From an uncultured bacterium (GTDB taxonomy: Bacteria > Abyssobacteria > SURF-5), in contig CAZEBC010000087.1 in assembly GCA_964510165.1 (NCBI GenBank), positions 1 through 15,984 of the forward strand: a DNA stretch of 15,984 bases, in the 5' to 3' direction. Made by a program: the position numbers and the translations under genes. Each line of letters opens with the position of its first letter. Positions within the stretch are counted from its first letter, which is position 1. Below, piece by piece: positions 14,221 to 15,984 of this stretch. The notes beneath the pieces were generated by a model. The model worked only from the letters and a program-made list of their open reading frames with translations. It did not search any database and was not told the origin of the DNA.

Positions 14221-15861
14221 ATGTCTAAATTGACAGGCGGAGCGCTTGCGGCGCAAGTGATGAAAAACGACGGCATCAAGCATCTGTTTGGGCTTGTGGG
14301 CGGCCATGTGTATCCCATCTTCGAGAGTTGCGTCGAGATGGGAATCCGGGTGATCGACGTCCGGCATGAGGAATCCGCCGCTCACATGGCCGAGGGCTGG
14401 GCGCTCTCAACCGCCAAGCCGGGCGTGTGCATCGGCACCGCAGGGCCGGGCTTCACGAACATGCTCACCGGCATCGCCAACTCCTTCGCCGGCGGAACTC
14501 CGGTGCTCGCGATTGGCGGCCATGCTTCTATCAATCAATTCGACACCGGCGCGCTCCAGGATTTCAACCAGATCGACGTGGTGAAACCGATGACCAAGTA
14601 TGCCCGCAGCGTGTACCAGGTTGACCGCATCCCCGAGTACATGGGTACCGCGCTCCGCCATGCCACATCCGGCCGGCCCGGTCCCGTGTACCTCGAGGTC
14701 CCGATGGACGTCTTGTTCTCCGAAGTTGATGCGGGCGCCATCCAAATCCCGGAATGCCATCGGATTCAGTCGAGGCCGGCGGGCAATCCGGCGGATATTG
14801 ACCGGGCGCTGGCGCTTCTCGCGAAGGCGAAGAAACCCGTGGTGGTCGCCGGCGGCGGCATATGGTGGTCCCAGGCGCACGAGGCGCTCAGGGAATTCGT
14901 CGAGAAGGCCGACCTCCCGATTTACACGCGCAGCGCGGGCCGGGGCTCGGTTCCCGACGACCATCCCAACTGCATCGGACCCGGCTTCACGTTCGACCCC
15001 ATGTTCAGGAGCATGCTCGGCGAGGCCGACCTGTTGCTCCTCTTGTCCACACGCTTCGGCTTCACGCTCGACTCGAAGCACTTCCCCGAAACCCTGAAGA
15101 TCATTCGCGTTGACATCGAGCCTTCCGAAATGTGCGCCGGACGCGCGCCCGAGGTCGGGATCGTGGGCGACGCGGGCACGGTGCTGAAGCAGTTCAGCGC
15201 GGGCATCAAGAAGATGAACCACAAGGAGTGGGTGGAACATCTCAAGAGTGCCCGCCAGAACATGCGGGCGGCCTTCGAGCCGATGTTCAACTCCGACCAG
15301 ACGCCCATCCATCCGCTGCGCCTCTGCAAGGAGATCATGCCATTCCTCGACCGCAACACCGTTCTATGCTCGGACGGCGGCGACATGTGCGTGTGGGCGA
15401 ACCTGGCGCTCCCCGCGCTCGGCCCCGGCCTCTACATCTCGCTTGTGTCCTCAATATTCGGCTGCCTCGGCGTCGGAATCCCCTATGGGATCGCCGCGAA
15501 GCTGGCCAACCCGGACAAGCGCGTCATCGTGACGACGGGCGACGGCAGCTTCGGGCTTACCCTCATGGAATTCGACACGGCGCTCAGGCACAACATTCCC
15601 TTCGTCGTCGTGATCGGAAACGACAAATGCTGGGGCATGATCAAGCGGCCGTTCATGAGAACAAAGGGCATGGCCGTTGGCTGCGACCTCACCCACCGCA
15701 GATACGACAAGATGATCGAAGCCATGGGCGGCCACGGCGAATTTGTCGAAAAGCCCGAGGACATCGGCCCGGCAATCCAACGCGCGCTCGATTCCGGCCT
15801 GCCCGCCGTCGTCAACGTGATGACCGATCCCGAGATCGGCCCCGGCCTGCAGGAAATGTGA
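14221..15861 (+). CDS. ThDP-dependent enzyme, IlvB-like/HACL2/benzaldehyde-lyase-like subgroup
   Basis: LTGGAL, LFGLVGGHV, DVRHEESAAHMAEG, TAGPGFTN, GALQD, GRPGPVYLE, DGGD, GCLGVGIPY, GDGSFGLTLMEFDTALRH...GNDKCWG. AAAGGA RBS before ATG 14221. Confidence 0.9.
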   Translation: MSKLTGGALAAQVMKNDGIKHLFGLVGGHVYPIFESCVEMGIRVIDVRHEESAAHMAEGWALSTAKPGVCIGTAGPGFTNMLTGIANSFAGGTPVLAIGGHASINQFDTGALQDFNQIDVVKPMTKYARSVYQVDRIPEYMGTALRHATSGRPGPVYLEVPMDVLFSEVDAGAIQIPECHRIQSRPAGNPADIDRALALLAKAKKPVVVAGGGIWWSQAHEALREFVEKADLPIYTRSAGRGSVPDDHPNCIGPGFTFDPMFRSMLGEADLLLLLSTRFGFTLDSKHFPETLKIIRVDIEPSEMCAGRAPEVGIVGDAGTVLKQFSAGIKKMNHKEWVEHLKSARQNMRAAFEPMFNSDQTPIHPLRLCKEIMPFLDRNTVLCSDGGDMCVWANLALPALGPGLYISLVSSIFGCLGVGIPYGIAAKLANPDKRVIVTTGDGSFGLTLMEFDTALRHNIPFVVVIGNDKCWGMIKRPFMRTKGMAVGCDLTHRRYDKMIEAMGGHGEFVEKPEDIGPAIQRALDSGLPAVVNVMTDPEIGPGLQEM

Positions 15862-15891
15862 GAACGAGAGAAAATATAGTAGAGTTTTCCG

Positions 15892-15917
15892 GTAGGGGCA
15901 CGGCGCGCCGTGCCCCT
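15892..15917 (+). repeat. GTAG-type REP palindrome (may also act as a 3' stabilising or terminating hairpin)
   Basis: GT AGGGGCACGG CGCG CCGTGCCCCT is a perfect palindrome, 30 nt after the stop at 15861. Confidence 0.7.
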
Positions 15918-15984
15918 GGGTTTGTGTGCCACTCACCCTCAGTTTGTTGAATTTCTATCGTGATTTTCCAAAATCCATCCGCAA

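Overview
GC-rich bacterial chromosomal window with two minus-strand metabolic operons and a small plus-strand block. (1) putA (6917-3951), a TIGR00300/AgrE-C-terminal-type ornithine cyclodeaminase (3951-2731) and an ArgZ/AgrE-N-terminal-type arginine dihydrolase (2498-1632). Together they look like a complete, unfused Arg->Orn->Pro->Glu pathway under one sigma70 promoter. It is followed by a membrane-anchored seven-heme NapC/NirT-family cytochrome c (1546-32). An internally deleted four-helix-bundle (IVS-protein-like) gene, bracketed by oppositely oriented 8-bp tandem repeats, sits inside this operon. (2) A probable TetR-autoregulated catabolic cluster of unknown substrate: tetR, SDR, class III (HemL-like) aminotransferase, non-AHAS ThDP enzyme and an SDR with a mycofactocin-SDR-like insertion. 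(3) On the plus strand are a degenerate PilZ-like gene behind a palindromic sigma54-like site, a probable truncated lipoprotein and a second ThDP lyase-like gene. Intergenic spaces carry several classes of REP-like and short tandem repeats. No rRNA, tRNA, CRISPR array or intact transposase was seen. All calls are from motif recognition by eye; no searches were run.
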